A program made the translations under genes and the position numbers. A DNA stretch of 62,922 bases, the filler included, from Bigelowiella natans CCMP2755 (lineage: Eukaryota > Protista > Cercozoa), in NCBI GenBank assembly GCA_000320545.1. It is 4 parts of 4 records of this genome, joined end to end, with 100 filler letters (N's around TTAATTAATTAA, not from the genome) between each part and the next. Parts side by side here need not be neighbours in the genome. Positions count along the whole stretch, not along the records: positions 13,919 to 44,099 come from ADNK01003191.1; positions 44,200 to 58,809 come from ADNK01003556.1; 2 more parts are not named here. One strand, given 5' to 3'. The notes below the pieces were generated by a model. The model was given only the letters and a program-made list of their open reading frames with translations. It ran no database searches and was not told the origin of the DNA. Below are positions 38,763 through 54,623 of the stretch, piece by piece (the stretch's first letter is position 1; the number at the start of each line of letters is the position of its first letter).

Positions 38763-40275
38763 ATGGTGAGATGAGTAAGAATGCCACCTCGATGAAGACA
38801 GTTAACATATATGCATGCACACCCAACAATTCGGAAGGGTAAAGATACTCGATTCACCACCAAAAAGGCATTCTGTGTCGGATGGGATGGGAATCCTTGC
38901 CTTGTGCGTTTGAAAATAGTTTCCCTGATATGTAGGGCGGTTTCTGTTCAAGCAATGATGATAATCCACCTCCCATCGTCGAACCCGAGCTGAAATTCAA
39001 ATTGTTGTTGCTGGGCCCTGGAGAGTCGGGAAAATCAACAGTCCTTAAACAACTCAAAAGCATTTATAATGTGGCTCCTAATGAACATGATCTTGATGAA
39101 TGCAAAAAGGCCTTGCATCAGAATACCCTGGAGTGCATGAAGGTGTTGTGTGATGCTGCCGAGAGATTCAAGTATGGGCTAGGGGACGAGGACAGAAAAA
39201 CAGCAAAATGGCTTCAGGATGAAGATGTCCAATACGGTGACACTGCCATTACAGCTGCGCAGGCCAAAGCAATACAAAAGCTTTTCAAGAGCGAGGCGAT
39301 TCAAAACGCGTACGCGAGAAGGGATGAATTCTGGATACTCGACGCTTGCGACTACTACGTGGAACACGTACCAAGGTTCGCAGCACAGGACTACGCTCCT
39401 GATGAACGGGACATGGTGATGTGCCGGATTCGCACAACGGGGAGGGTCTTGGATGCAAAACTGAAAGTAAAGTCTCAAGAGAGGGGGGAAGGTGATCCCG
39501 AGTTCATCACATATGAGATCATTGATGTGGGGGGACAACGCAACGAGCGGAAAAAATGGGTCCAGATGCTTAGCAACGTCAAGGCCATAATATTCCTAGT
39601 CAATCTTGCGGGATATAACCAGGTCCTGTATGAAAACAAGGAGATAAATCGGATGTTTGAAGCCCTGGAGGTCTTTGGGAAAATCACAGGATGGCGCGAC
39701 GAGTCGAAGACGAGCACAGGGGCAAAGAACGCCTTGAGGGGGGGAGACTTGTTCAAACACCTACCCATTTACCTTCTGCTAAACAAAAAGGACATATTTG
39801 AGAAAATGATTTACAAAGTAGGGCTCGACAAAACGTTTCCTGAATATCGAGGTGAGGGGGGTTTTCTTTCCATGAAGACGATTATTGTTTACAAGCCTAT
39901 CAGGGATAGGTTCGAAAGGCATAATTTTTTCTAAGAATAACCCTCTGCTAGGTGGTAGCAAGAGCGACGAGGCCATAGATTTCATCAAGGAACAATTCCA
40001 AAAGAGATGCCCTCCTGGGAAAAATATTATGATGCTCGATATCACAGGGGTCTCCAGGTTGTGATGAGAACTTATGATGTGCTGCCGTAACCAGTAGCAG
40101 CGCATAATTGTACATTTTTGTGCATGCCTACACTGCTCTAAGATTTTCCCTTTCTCTGAGAGTTGTTTGTTGCAGCGTAACACATCGTTTTCAACTAACC
40201 TTCAGGCACGATGTCAGAACTGCGTTTCGCGAAATCGAGAAGGACTTGCTGAAGAATCACAGATCTACCTCGTAG
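38763..40275 (+). CDS. Heterotrimeric G protein alpha subunit
   Basis: An ATG-only first coding exon (38763-38765) splices to 38936, giving MGGFCSS. G1 is GPGESGKST, G2 RIRTTG, G3 DVGGQRNERKKW and G4 LLNKKD. Two further 3' exons end at KDLLKNHRSTS*. Confidence 0.93.
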
Positions 40276-40961
40276 CATAAAATTTATAAGATGTGCAGTT
40301 CCAGTAAATATTGCTATTCATTTAAAGGTTATATAAGTTGTTATGGCTATCAGCATGCACATCAATACGTGGCGGAACATGAATGGCTCATTGTGCGTTA
40401 TAGTATGGAAAAAGAAATAAAAATGTCAAATAACACGGTCTTGTGTAGCCTGCTGCGCAAGCAGCATGCGCGCTATGTGCTATAAGCACATATCGCTTGC
40501 GTTTATCTCACATTATTTGTCGCCGCCAAAGCCACAAATATGATAGCGAAACTTAGTTCCATGATGAATTTTGAATGTACGACGGCCTTGTGCATTGACA
40601 CGGCCGCCATATTAGCATAATGCGAACAAGCGGAAGTACAACTATTTGCACAGTAACAAAGCATGATGAGCCAATGCCAGTATGTGCACCTAGAGTAGTC
40701 AATCTGTCATCATCCAACGAAGCAGATCGACTCTGGCGTCTGCTGGCCGTGGGCGTTGCATGAATTGATCAAGGATTTCATCATCACACCGGTGTGATGC
40801 TGTTGCACATTGTCATAGCCGTTGCAATGTGGTGTGGACGCCATGTTCATCTGCTAGGCTCTCCTAGTCCCCAGCAACGGAAAGCTAGAGAAATTTATAC
40901 GCGAACGAACGCATTCACGCTACATGACACATTTTCTAACCCCCTTACTGACTGCATGCCA

Positions 40962-41758
40962 CTAGCTGCAATCCGTAGAGTTCATCGATCGCTCAAGCAG
41001 GAGATTGTGGAGCTGCCACATGGCACAAATATTGTACCCCGTGCTACCGAGGGAATGCGCCTTTGGAGAACAAGAGGCCCCCAGCTGTCGGAGCGAATGC
41101 GCAATTGCACGCCGAAGCGATTCAGGTCCCATCCTTTTACGCACAAGCGATGATGTGTCACCTTCCCTCTGCGGCACAGCGTATATGTTGTTCCACTCCC
41201 ATCGACTGGTGTCAGCGGAGAGGGCAGACGACGGTTGTGACGCCGCTGATGGTCTTCGCGCATGCATTCGGGTCTTGTTGAACGCCAGCATGCGCAGCTT
41301 GTGATTACCGTTGTCAGCTACATACAGCGTATCTGTGCTATCGAAGGCGAGCCCGCTGGTAAAATAAGGAGAGAAAGTGAGAGAAGAATTTCTTCCACTA
41401 TGTTCCACTAATGTAAACCCGGACCCCCCCCCTTTGTGTCCCATGCGTTTTCTCTCCTGTTTGTGTGTGTGTGTGTGTGTGTCCTCTTTCTTTTTTTCGT
41501 GCCGACGTTGGTTTTCTAAAGCGCGCTGAATCCAGCCGGCCGTCTCGCACGCCCGGTTTGGAGCCGCACAGCGTCGTCACTTCTCCGTCGTCCGTTGTGA
41601 TGCGGCGAATGCGGTGGTTTCGACTGTCGCAAACGTACAGGCTCCCCGAGGAGTCAACAGCGATCCTGAGGGGAAACGCACAAAAGAGCCTCCGGATGAA
41701 GAAAGAGTTGAGTCCGCCCCCCCCCCCCCCCTCCTGAAAAAAAAACAAACCGCTGCAG

Positions 41759-41793
<35 letters not shown>

Positions 41794-42740
41794 CGGGTCT
41801 AATAGCATTCTGAAAGAGGAAAAATAAGATTTTCCGCGTTCGATACCCCTTGGGCTCGTGCAGGTGCGCATTGGTCCCCCTCCCGTCTTGCCGCCCCCAT
41901 CTCTCTGCGCTGCCTGCGAGGGTGCTCACCGACAGCCCCCTCCCTAAGCAATGGCGGGGAACAAACGGGCACACAGGGCAGAGGTAAGGTAAGGTGGGGA
42001 GGAAGGCGCGCAGCGGCGATGATGCTATTGACGTTTCGAGAGAGCACCCAATTACCGCTTTGGTCCAACGTTATCCGCCGAACCGTATGCCCATAAGGGT
42101 ACTGGTTTTGGGAGGGGAGAGGCGTATCGGTGACGTAGATGTCGCCGTGCCGCCCGACGCAAACCTGCGGGAATACATGCAGGTACGGTGAGTTACTCTG
42201 CCAGTCGATTGCGCGTGCGTGCCGGCCTCGCGGTGGCAGAGAGGAAGGGGGGAGGGGAACGAGGCACCTGTTGCGGGCTGAGGAATTTAGCTCTCGCTGC
42301 ACGTCCATCTCGGTATCCGCGGCAATTACGGTGCGGGTAGTGCCCTATCAATCGGGTGTTTCCACCACGTCGGTCGGTGTTAACGCGCCCCCAAGAGAGA
42401 GAGGGGGGGGGGAGGGGGGGGCTATCTACGCATTTTATATGCCGTTGCATGTGCAGCTGCTGTTTGGTTTCTCAAAAAACGAGACAGCGAAAGAGGGAAG
42501 GGGAACGGGGTTGAGGTGCGCGACCAAATGGGCGAGTTCGCGAAGACGTCCTTCGTTTATGACACTCGGTGCCGGTAATGGTCCAGACTCCAGATTGAGG
42601 AGAAGAAGGGGGAGGAGGCGATGATGATGACGACGACGACAATGATGATGATGATGATGATGCCTGCTGAGTGTCATCTTTGAGCGAGACTCCACGAATC
42701 CTCCAGCCTCCCTGCGTGCGTGAGTGTTTGGAGAGCGAGT

Positions 42741-42791
<51 letters not shown>

Positions 42792-42975
42792 GAGAGAGCG
42801 AGTTATTCGTATGTGTTCCAGATTTTACTGCCTATGGTGAGAGCGTAACATTGCTATTTCTCCATGTTTTCATTATCGACGACGCAGGTGCTTCATCGGC
42901 GTCTCCTCGAGAGCGCCGCATACAACTACTCAAACCACATTACACATACTCCTCCCCCTGCTGCTACTACTACTC

Positions 42976-43013
<38 letters not shown>

Positions 43014-43940
43014 GCTCCTGAGTCAAGCTACTACCGTGTCAGCTACTACGAGAAAGCCGTCCGGGTGATACGCAAGGCCTCGTGGATAGCAGAAGCTGCT
43101 AGTTGAACGACGCCCATCGGCCTCGCCCATGCGTCCTGTCCCCGCAAAACTTGTGACCTCAAAACCTGCAAAAAATATAATACCGCTATAACTACTACTA
43201 CTACTACTACTACTACTGCCACCACCACCACCACCTCAGCATTCATATGATCAATCACGCGAGGGGCGTCTACTGGTTAGAGGAGCGACCTTCAAGTGAT
43301 ATTTTACGGATTCGGTGGTTGCAGGTGTCAGCAATGTATATGCTGCCGTCGGGACCCACCGCCACTCCGTTCGGGCCATTGAACCTCGCACGCCTCCCCA
43401 CCCCATCCGTGCAGTCAAACCACCCGGACGATGTGCGTCTGCGTACGTCGAGCCCTCCGGCTATGGTGTGCACGTAGCCTGATGGCGACAAACGCCTCAC
43501 CAGGTTCCGACTCTGATGCGCGGGGGGGGGGGGGGGGGGGGGGGGGTAGCGAAGGTGGTGGTGATAATGTGTTGTAAGATCATGATGATCACGACGACGA
43601 TGGTGTTGTTGATGATGATGATGATGGTGATATGTAAGTGATGATAATACGCAAGTGATGACGACAATGATGACAATAAGGACGATGACGATGACGACTC
43701 CTCGTGTTTGTTACTGGTATGAAGTGGTATTATTCGGTACATCGGAAGTCAAATTTCAAGGTTACACGTTACGAATTCCAGCATGTTCTGCAAGTGCTCC
43801 TCACCGCATCCGTGAAGAACAGGCTCCCAGTACTTGGTCGGTTGGGAGAAGTATCAATTGCGAGATACCGAATATCGAGAAGAAGCGCGCGGGAGCTAAA
43901 CCCATCTGCCGCCCCGTTGTTGCCAGGTGCAGCGATAGAT
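40962..43940 (-). CDS. NHL-repeat beta-propeller protein; 5' end at or near the gap
   Basis: Repeats include ARFNGPNGVAVGPDGSIYIADTCNHRIRKI, IAVDSSGSLYVCDSRNHRIRRI, GLAFDSTDTLYVADNGNHKLRML and VSTLAGSAERWGRQDG. Confidence 0.9.
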
Positions 43941-44099
43941 GATGGTAGCAGTGAGGGGAGGGGGGGGACGGGGGGAGGAGAGGGAGGAAAAAAGAAGTTT
44001 TGGCTTCGAGATGATTATTTTTCAATATCTATACTACCCATACAGCACCAAAACGCTCTTTTCCCTTGCAAATTGCAAATATTATCTCGCCCCCCCCCC

Positions 44100-44199
44100 N
44101 NNNNNNNNNNNNNNNNNNNNNNNNNNNNNNNNNNNNNNNNNNNTTAATTAATTAANNNNNNNNNNNNNNNNNNNNNNNNNNNNNNNNNNNNNNNNNNNN
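44100..44199. other. Artificial contig linker
   Basis: N44-TTAATTAATTAA-N44 spacer. Confidence 0.97.
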
Positions 44200-44616
44200 T
44201 TTCCATTTACCTGTTTGGCTAGGAGTGGGAAAGGTAGGTGATAGATCATCACTGAGAAGGAGGAGAAGGGGGGGATCTTCATTTTCCTCTCATGTTTATT
44301 CTTATTCTTCAATAATAACAATTCATATGATAATTAAGGCACTGGGATGTATTTTGGAGAATTCTAAGGTATAATACTACATACACTAGCAGCTAGATGA
44401 TCATCAGCTAAAGTACGTTAACCATCATTATGGCCAACAACGTGTTTATGTCTGTATGCATCTTACACACATGTATTGCCATCATCATCACAGTTGTTCT
44501 TATCATCAGGATGAGAAACTTAAGGAAGCTCTTCTCGAAATGTATCAAACTTGGCCGTTCTTCCGGTATAATAATTGCTTCAGAATCTCTCTCTCTCTCT
44601 CTCTTTCTCTCTCTCC

Positions 44617-44685
<69 letters not shown>

Positions 44686-44752
44686 GTTTTGCATACGGGT
44701 GTACCTTATTTTTCTACCCCCCTCCTCCACACATTAATCAATTACTTCCAGT

Positions 44753-44788
<36 letters not shown>

Positions 44789-45296
44789 ATATATGTTTCT
44801 TCATTTTTCCTACACCTACAATTTCTTATTACGGTATGATTGTATTGAGTGAATGAGTCAAATAAGGGGGGGGGGGGGGGGGCCTAACATGGGAGCTCTC
44901 ATCCATGAAGAATCCTCAATTTTTGTCCAAAATGGGACTAAATCAACTATTTCGCTGATCGAGATGGTTCTTGCCAAAGCTGACTCAACAGTTTCTATGT
45001 GGTAATAAGAATAACAACAACAACTACTACAATTTTACGAATCAATGCTATATTATGTTATCATTGAAAAAAGAAGAAGAAGAAGAAGAAGAAGAAGAAG
45101 AAGAGAAATCAAGTTATTGGTGGTGCAACAAACAGCAGCATAAGTAAAAATCACGGAGCAATTCTTCATTTTCTTAACGGGATTATTATTGCTATTTTTA
45201 TTGCTGCTGCTGACGAACAAACAAGAACGATTTGCATCATCACTGCGCTACTTTTACCACTGCTGCTGCTGCCTGGTGATTTGGCAATTATCTATA

Positions 45297-45331
<35 letters not shown>

Positions 45332-45453
45332 GATAGGTACGTGGAGAACCTTGTTCCAGTTCACTACGCAGCTCTTGCCTCAAAACTTCACAACGAGCTT
45401 GACAGAACGACGAATTGCGTCAAGACAGTAATAACGAATCAATACATTGCAAC

Positions 45454-45490
<37 letters not shown>

Positions 45491-46146
45491 ATGCTGCTGC
45501 TGTAGCTGCTGCTGCATCATTCGAAATATCCAGAAGAATATTCCCATTCTTCGCACTTCTTGCGAAAGTAGACAGCATCTAATATTAAATAGAGAAGGTG
45601 AAAAGGAAAAACTAAGCAACAAACAATCCAACATCAAAATCCTTCGCTTTTTCGATTTCTTGGCACGCAAATGCAGTACCATAGCTTTGAATTTTCATTT
45701 TTCCCTCCTCTTTTTCATCCTCCTCCTCCTATTTTTCAGGTTACCAAACATAAATGGCTCCTTGAAGCTGATAAGGATGTTATGGCAACAATCGCTCACA
45801 GAATGCCCTATACTGATCCCCTTAACCTTATGCAGGTGATGATGATCAATGTGGTGTGTTGTTGCTTTGCACTTTTATATTGTTGTCAAAGTGGTAGTCT
45901 TTTATATTGTTGTCAAAGTGGTAGTATTCGCTACTTATTAAGTATTCTTAGATTAAAACGATAAGTACATATGTATATGTATTGATATATTAGTTATACA
46001 CACCATACCTAAGCATATATCTAATATGTGATTTGTAAAACGACGATGCCATATGTCATCCATAAGCCTTTTCTTTTGGGACAAGGAAACGTGAATAGGA
46101 TTATTTGTTCAGTAACAATATAAACGTGACTTTTCATTCGTAGTCC

Positions 46147-46182
<36 letters not shown>

Positions 46183-46488
46183 CTTGCTGCTATCTCTATC
46201 TAGGTGGAAGTATTGAAGAAATTACGTGGTGGTTTTAGGGATGCGAAGGTAATTAAAGCAGAAGCAGAAGCAACAGAAGTTACTTGTCCACCGCTTGTAA
46301 AATCGTTCATTTTTTTTAATCGTATTGTAATATTTTTAATGGACGGCGTCAAATGTGGCGCACAACAGTTTAAGTGATGTTCATGATTTTCTACTCCTCC
46401 TCCTCCCCCTCCTCCCTCTTTTTAGTTACAGGGTACACTATACAGTACTATTCAAGGAATTGCCGCTGGAATGCAGAACACTGGATAA
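44200..46488 (+). CDS. PPC: Phosphoenolpyruvate carboxylase, C-terminal exons only; 5' end truncated
   Basis: Small exons encode FHLPVWLGVGK, LLEMYQTWPFFR|STISLIEMVLAKAD, RMPYTDPLNLMQ|VEVLKKLR and TIQGIAAGMQNTG*. Confidence 0.93.
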
Positions 46489-47784
46489 TAGATGGATTTT
46501 ATAAGAGATTCAAGAGATCATGGAAGGAGCAGCGCGAGATAATGACTCTATTTTTGCACACGTAAATCGACTGCATTACGACATATCTAGATATACACTA
46601 AGTATGCGGTACTGCTCCGAGATCGTCTATCTGTCGTAATGCAACGTACATGTGCACAGAAAGACCTATTCGAGTAGCAAGCTCAATTTTTGTCGGTGGC
46701 GAAAGAGCGAAAGCCATTTGGAACATCTAGTCATACACCACGTCTAGATCTACATTATGTTCTAGATTGTATGCATGTGTGCATGCACACATCATGCACA
46801 ATGCACATGTGAGACGGATGCAATGATCAATTCAAATTTCATCAATGATCATCCTAATTTAGCAAAGCAGCGGCCACAGCGCTTCAATTGCGCACATTCG
46901 TTTCTGTTGTTGTGATGTCTTTCATGCCCAGCTAGCCAGATGCATGAAAAAGCAGATCGAGCACTGGTGTGCGCCATGCGCGTCGCCGCACTGCTGCGAG
47001 TTTAGTTTCTGTTCCCATGACCGTCGCTTGGTTTCTGTGACATTTCGTCGTCCATGCACAAATGTCTAGGGATTGCTCTGGCGTTGCAGCCTTGGCGCCA
47101 ACCCCCTACATCGCCCCCCCTTTCTAGCTTTCCACGTGCCCACCCGTTCTCGATCCATTGCCCGTTCTCGATCCGTCTCCTCCCACACACCCGATCCAAG
47201 GGATTGCATTCCTTCAACGGGTTGTCCCCTGACTCCCCCTCTACTGGCCGCTTTGACAGTGAACTCTCGTCGACCATGCCCGGACAACTCATCACCTCCA
47301 ACCCGCAAGAGACCAGAGTTGGGTCAACACGAACGCGAGTCAGCAAACCCCTGGCAAGTCAACAAGTGGTCAGTCACTGCCGGAAAAATCCGTCCAGTCA
47401 ACATCCATTGCACATGGTCAACAACTAGCTAGGGAGAGCTCACATGAGCTACGTGTTTGTGCAGCTAACGCATGCTGCGTCACCCATGCTGCTATGTGAC
47501 ACATGTACAGCGTAGTAAATTAGCACGCAGGATAAAATAATAATAATACAGTGACAGCTGTGCGAAATAAATATGTGTACAAAACGTACATGACTTTTAA
47601 AAAAACGCAGAGTGATCGTTCGGATGTTTTGTCAAGCCGACATGCACATCTGATGCACATGCTAGCGTAGAATCGCAGGCAATGAATGGTATTTCCAGTA
47701 TTTCCATGCAATTTCCCATGTAGCAAAACAATCGGTCAGCCTTATATTTACAGTCTCTAAATAAAATGTACTTACTTGCTGCTG

Positions 47785-48620
47785 CTATTTTCGCCGTCTA
47801 AGAATGCTATTTGGATCAAGCCCGTGCACTAGACATAACAACCTTTCTGGCTGTAATTTTTCTCCCCGCTCCTCTCTAAAGCTTTGAACCTTTTCCGTCG
47901 CTACGTCGTAGGTGGCTCTTTCTATTGCGAGCTTATTAAACAGAGATACGGAGGATAAACAATGTAAATTTATCCCTCTTCAAATGCATCGTATTAAATC
48001 GAGTTAAGGAGTGAAAAAAATCCTACACAAATTACCTTATCTTCCAATCTTGATCCTTTTGATTCCTTTTGAAGATGCTCTTCTAACGCCTTCTCCAAGT
48101 TAGCCATTTCTTTTATTAATGTAGTTGTACTCGCATCCATATCATTTTCAACTACGATAATATTGATGACTTGTCAGAACATATAATATTTTTTTAAAGT
48201 TAAAATTTTACATCTCGCTTCCTGCTCTTTAGTTGGAAGTTGTGTGTCAAAAGATTGAAAGGCGCTGAGCCTCTCGAAAGCGTCATCGAAGGACGTGAAT
48301 GGTTTCATTGGGTCTGAACGCAAATAAAAGAGAACAGTTTAGACACTACTTCAATAAAAAAGGGATTTTGACTGACCGGGGTTACAGGACTTCTGCCTGT
48401 CAAGAATGTCGAAAACCATTAATCTGCGTCGCACTTCTATTGATTTCCCAAGCATATAGTGTCTCCTGATTCACATCTGGTATATCATACCAATAAAAAC
48501 TATAGGTTCAGTGAAAATGCATTACCCTCGGTCTCCAAAATTTGATATTGGCTGTTTTGATGTGGAAGCCGTCGTGCGGCTTGGCACATTGTTCATTCGA
48601 TGTAAGGAATTATTCTCCAT
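47785..48620 (-). CDS. Small protein with a GLTSCR1/BICRA-like conserved domain
   Basis: The spliced segment DRQKSCNP|DPMKPFTSFDDAFERLSAFQSF resembles the PDxxxPFxSxxDAxxRLLPYH motif and is followed by helical exons. The 5' exon joins are uncertain. Confidence 0.45.
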
Positions 48621-49174
48621 TGTTTGTAATCGTTTGTAAATGGTGAGAGTAGTTAGTTAATAAAATGATTGAGTATGCAGTTCTGGCATGAACAGCATTC
48701 GTACGACAAGAAATGGGCTATCTCTTTCTTGTCGCATGTCAAGATACAGCTTGGTTACTTTTGGTCGCAACAAACGCATCCACCGTGGTGTTTGGCTCCG
48801 ACACCGCCGATTAATTTATTCCCACAAAATCCAAAGCTCCTCGGAGCTGATTTTCGATTTAGGCTGCAAATGAAAAAAGGATTCCTATTTTTATATTTGC
48901 TCACTTGTTTTAATCGAATATCAGAAAAGTACACGGCATTAATCCTTCTCCATTCGCACAAAATTGCACTCCCATCCATTGAGCTCTTATTCCCCACAAA
49001 ATCACTTATTATGACCAAAAATGATTGTCTTTTATATTAATTATACTTGGTTTTTACATTATCTCTGTCAAAAGAACTAGATCCAACATCTGAAACCTGG
49101 AACTTACTCGAGCTGCGGCCCTGCGAGCTCAGAATAGGACCGCACACAAAGAAGACGAAGGGATAAACCAATCG

Positions 49175-51561
<2,387 letters not shown>

Positions 51562-52333
51562 GAGGCCGAGTAAATACATCAATCCTGAATTCAAAAGAAA
51601 TCTTGAGAGACGAGTATCTATGCATGATTAGACATTCGCTGGTCATTGCTTTAACGGTTTATCAGTATTTTGTTGTTGAATTCCTGAACTTTCCTAAGAT
51701 ATTGTATCAAGGTCTAATCAACATTTCATTTACATCAATCTTCCTATACGCTGAAAATGAACAAATGGAAGCCAAATTTTGTGAAAATACTGCATAGAGC
51801 ATATGGTGCGATCGTATTCGCAGACCCGGTGTACTCTACGTGACGAGCGGCATGCATGCTTTGTCTGAGGTTAGTCTATTAGTTCTGCGCTACATGCGCG
51901 GCAGTAAGTAGCTACTTGAACATGCTAGCACAGTCGGGGAGTCGTTTGTCGTTTTGGCGAGCTGTTGCGTATGCCCAATAATAATCTTAATGACCTATTT
52001 CAGACCACACCTAGACACAAATGCACTGCACTCTAGAACTAGTGCACTATGCTATAGTACGTATGAGACGGATGTGATACACGTTAATTTTCCCCTTCCC
52101 AATCATGTACGTCTAGGTGTAGCTGTAGCTAGATTGAAGCTGATCAGTGCATGCATGCTGCACATTGTGACGCTAAGATCTAGAGATGGGGCATCGTGTC
52201 ACGCCTCTTCGTGTCACGGCACGTGGCACCCACTTGCTTCGAAACTGTTCTAAACTCAAGCGATGATCAACCAAAGATTTTATTCCATCGACTTTATAAC
52301 TTCGCACAACCATCATCATCTAGTCATCACTAA

Positions 52334-53125
52334 TCACAACGACGGCACCTTGATAGCAGGTGAAATGTCGACCTCTGCTGGTGGCAACATTTTCTCGCCA
52401 AGAATCAAATCCGATGCTCTTTCAGCAACCATGATGGTCGGAGCATTCAAGTTCCCGTTGGTGATGGAAGGAAAAATTGACGAATCAACAACACGCAAGC
52501 CATCTACGCCCACAACCCGCGTTTCTGGATCTACTACTGTTTTAGGATCATGGGAGTCTCCCATCTTACAAGTGCCACAAGGATGGTACGCACTTTCAAC
52601 TCTTTCGCGAATGAAGGCATCAATCTCATCGTCCCTTTGGACGTGCTCTCCCGGTGCTATTTCTTTCCCTCTAAATTGGTCAAAGGCGGGTTGCGCAAAT
52701 ATTCGACGTGTGAGCCGAATGCACTCTCGAAACTCCTCCCAATCCTATGTGTGTTTGCCATTCATAGAAACGGTGAAAGTAATATCGAAGAAAAGTAGGA
52801 AAAAAGAATTCTGGTGTAGGGGGGGGAGGGAGGTGAAATGAGAAAACATAAGAGAAAGAGAGGAAAGAAATTATGAGTCAAAAATTTCCCTCACTGGTAT
52901 ATGGATATTGATGGCTGTTCATAACCTCTTTCACACTCATGTAATTAAACTTGATCTCGGGATGATCCGTGATGTCGCGTGAGACAGCTTTGATGTAGCC
53001 CCTGCTTTTAGAACGCATTGGACCAACATGTGCCTGAAACCTTGAAGAGGAAGCACAACACATAGTCAGCCAGGATGGTCGCATAGTTTTTCCCATTTTC
53101 AGCATATCGGTATTTCCACTCTCTT

Positions 53126-53166
<41 letters not shown>

Positions 53167-54623
53167 CAAATCAAACATTATCTCGATTACAAGGCAGTGC
53201 ACCAAGCGTTACAAAGGTCGCAACCGCGAATAGGAAAGGATCCCTTCGTAGAAACGGCATCCGGAATGGTGTTGATGGAATAGTATTTGGTAATATCAAC
53301 TTTAATTATGCATTTTTTCACGTACCCATGACCCTCAATAGGACTATTCCCATCGTAAGATATCGCCACAGGGCAGAAGTGGTATTGAATATCCGGATAT
53401 TTTTGCTTTTCATTAGAGCGAACAAAGGCGCAACTTTCAAAGTGGTTCGTTCCGCCCAGGCCGGGAGAAATCATTCCTCCTGTTAGGAGCGACATGATCC
53501 ATTGTACCCCTATTTTCAACTTACTTAGAGGGCCTAATTCACCATAGAGGGTAATAGGCTGTTTGCATTCTTGTTGCACAAGGATTTCTAAGTGATCTTG
53601 AAGGTTTTTACCAACGCCTTTCAGCTCCTTAACAAGTGGCACGCCAATTGATTCGAGGTGCTCTGAGTCGCCTATTCCAGAGACTTGCAATAAGTGTGGG
53701 GATCCAATTGCACCAGCAGCTAGTATTATCTCTTTGGAAGCCTTTATTTCAATGAGTTTTCCATTCGAATTTTCTAACACAATTCCGGTCGCCCTTGGCC
53801 TTTGAGTTTCGGTTTCGTCAAAAACGACCCGTTTCACGGTTCCGTGAGTGAGAACTTTTAGCCTTGGGTTGTCCTTACTGAGCTGCAGATATGAGTTACT
53901 AGTACTGTTACGGACACCGTTTGTAACTGACATAGCCATTGGCCCAAAGCCTTCTTGTTGATACCCGTTGTAGTCTTGAGTGTAGGAGTATCCTGCCTGT
54001 TGACCAGCCTCGATGAAGGCACTATAGAGAGGGTTCTTCCTCCTTCCAAAACTTGTTCCTACGGGTCCATTCCCCCCTCTATAATCATCTTCTCCCTCCT
54101 GCCATGATTCCGATCTCTTAAAGTATGGTAAACAATTTAGGTAATTCCATCCAGATGCGCCAAGGTCTTCCCATTTGTCAAAGTCAAGTGGATGGCCCCT
54201 CACAAATGCCATCCCATTGATGGACGATGATCCACCCAATACTTTGCCTCTAGGGCAGTGCAGAGAACGACCATTAAGATTGGGCTCTGATCGAGCTTCG
54301 TAGCCCCAGTTGTATCGTCGCATATTCATAGGAATGGATAGAGCAGAAGGCATGTGTAAAAAGATAGATGACCAGTGCCACCGGTCATCGCCTCCACCTT
54401 CAACAAGGATAACTTTGTTGCTATTAGAGTTGCTTAAGCGATGAGCGAGCACGCATCCTGCAGACCCAGCACCCACAATTATGTAGTCGTATTCTGAACC
54501 GTCATCCGACTGTGATGCGGCAGTGGCTAAATTGCGGCCCTGCAACCTAGGACCACTGCTGCCACTTGAATTATTCACGAATACTCCAATTCTTCGCAAG
54601 CAGCGATTGGCAACCAGCGCCAT
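52334..54623 (-). CDS. betA: Choline dehydrogenase (GMC oxidoreductase, BetA type) with a mitochondrial presequence
   Basis: Exons are 54623-53326, 53040-52926 and 52744-52334. Motifs include [82 protein letters not shown] and [14 protein letters not shown]. Confidence 0.93.

Noticed and set aside
45872-45926. 27-bp tandem duplication CTTTTATATTGTTGTCAAAGTGGTAGT as a CRISPR-like repeat
   Set aside because: There are two adjacent copies with no spacer, inside a PEPC intron, so it is a simple local duplication. No CRISPR array or cas gene is present in the window.
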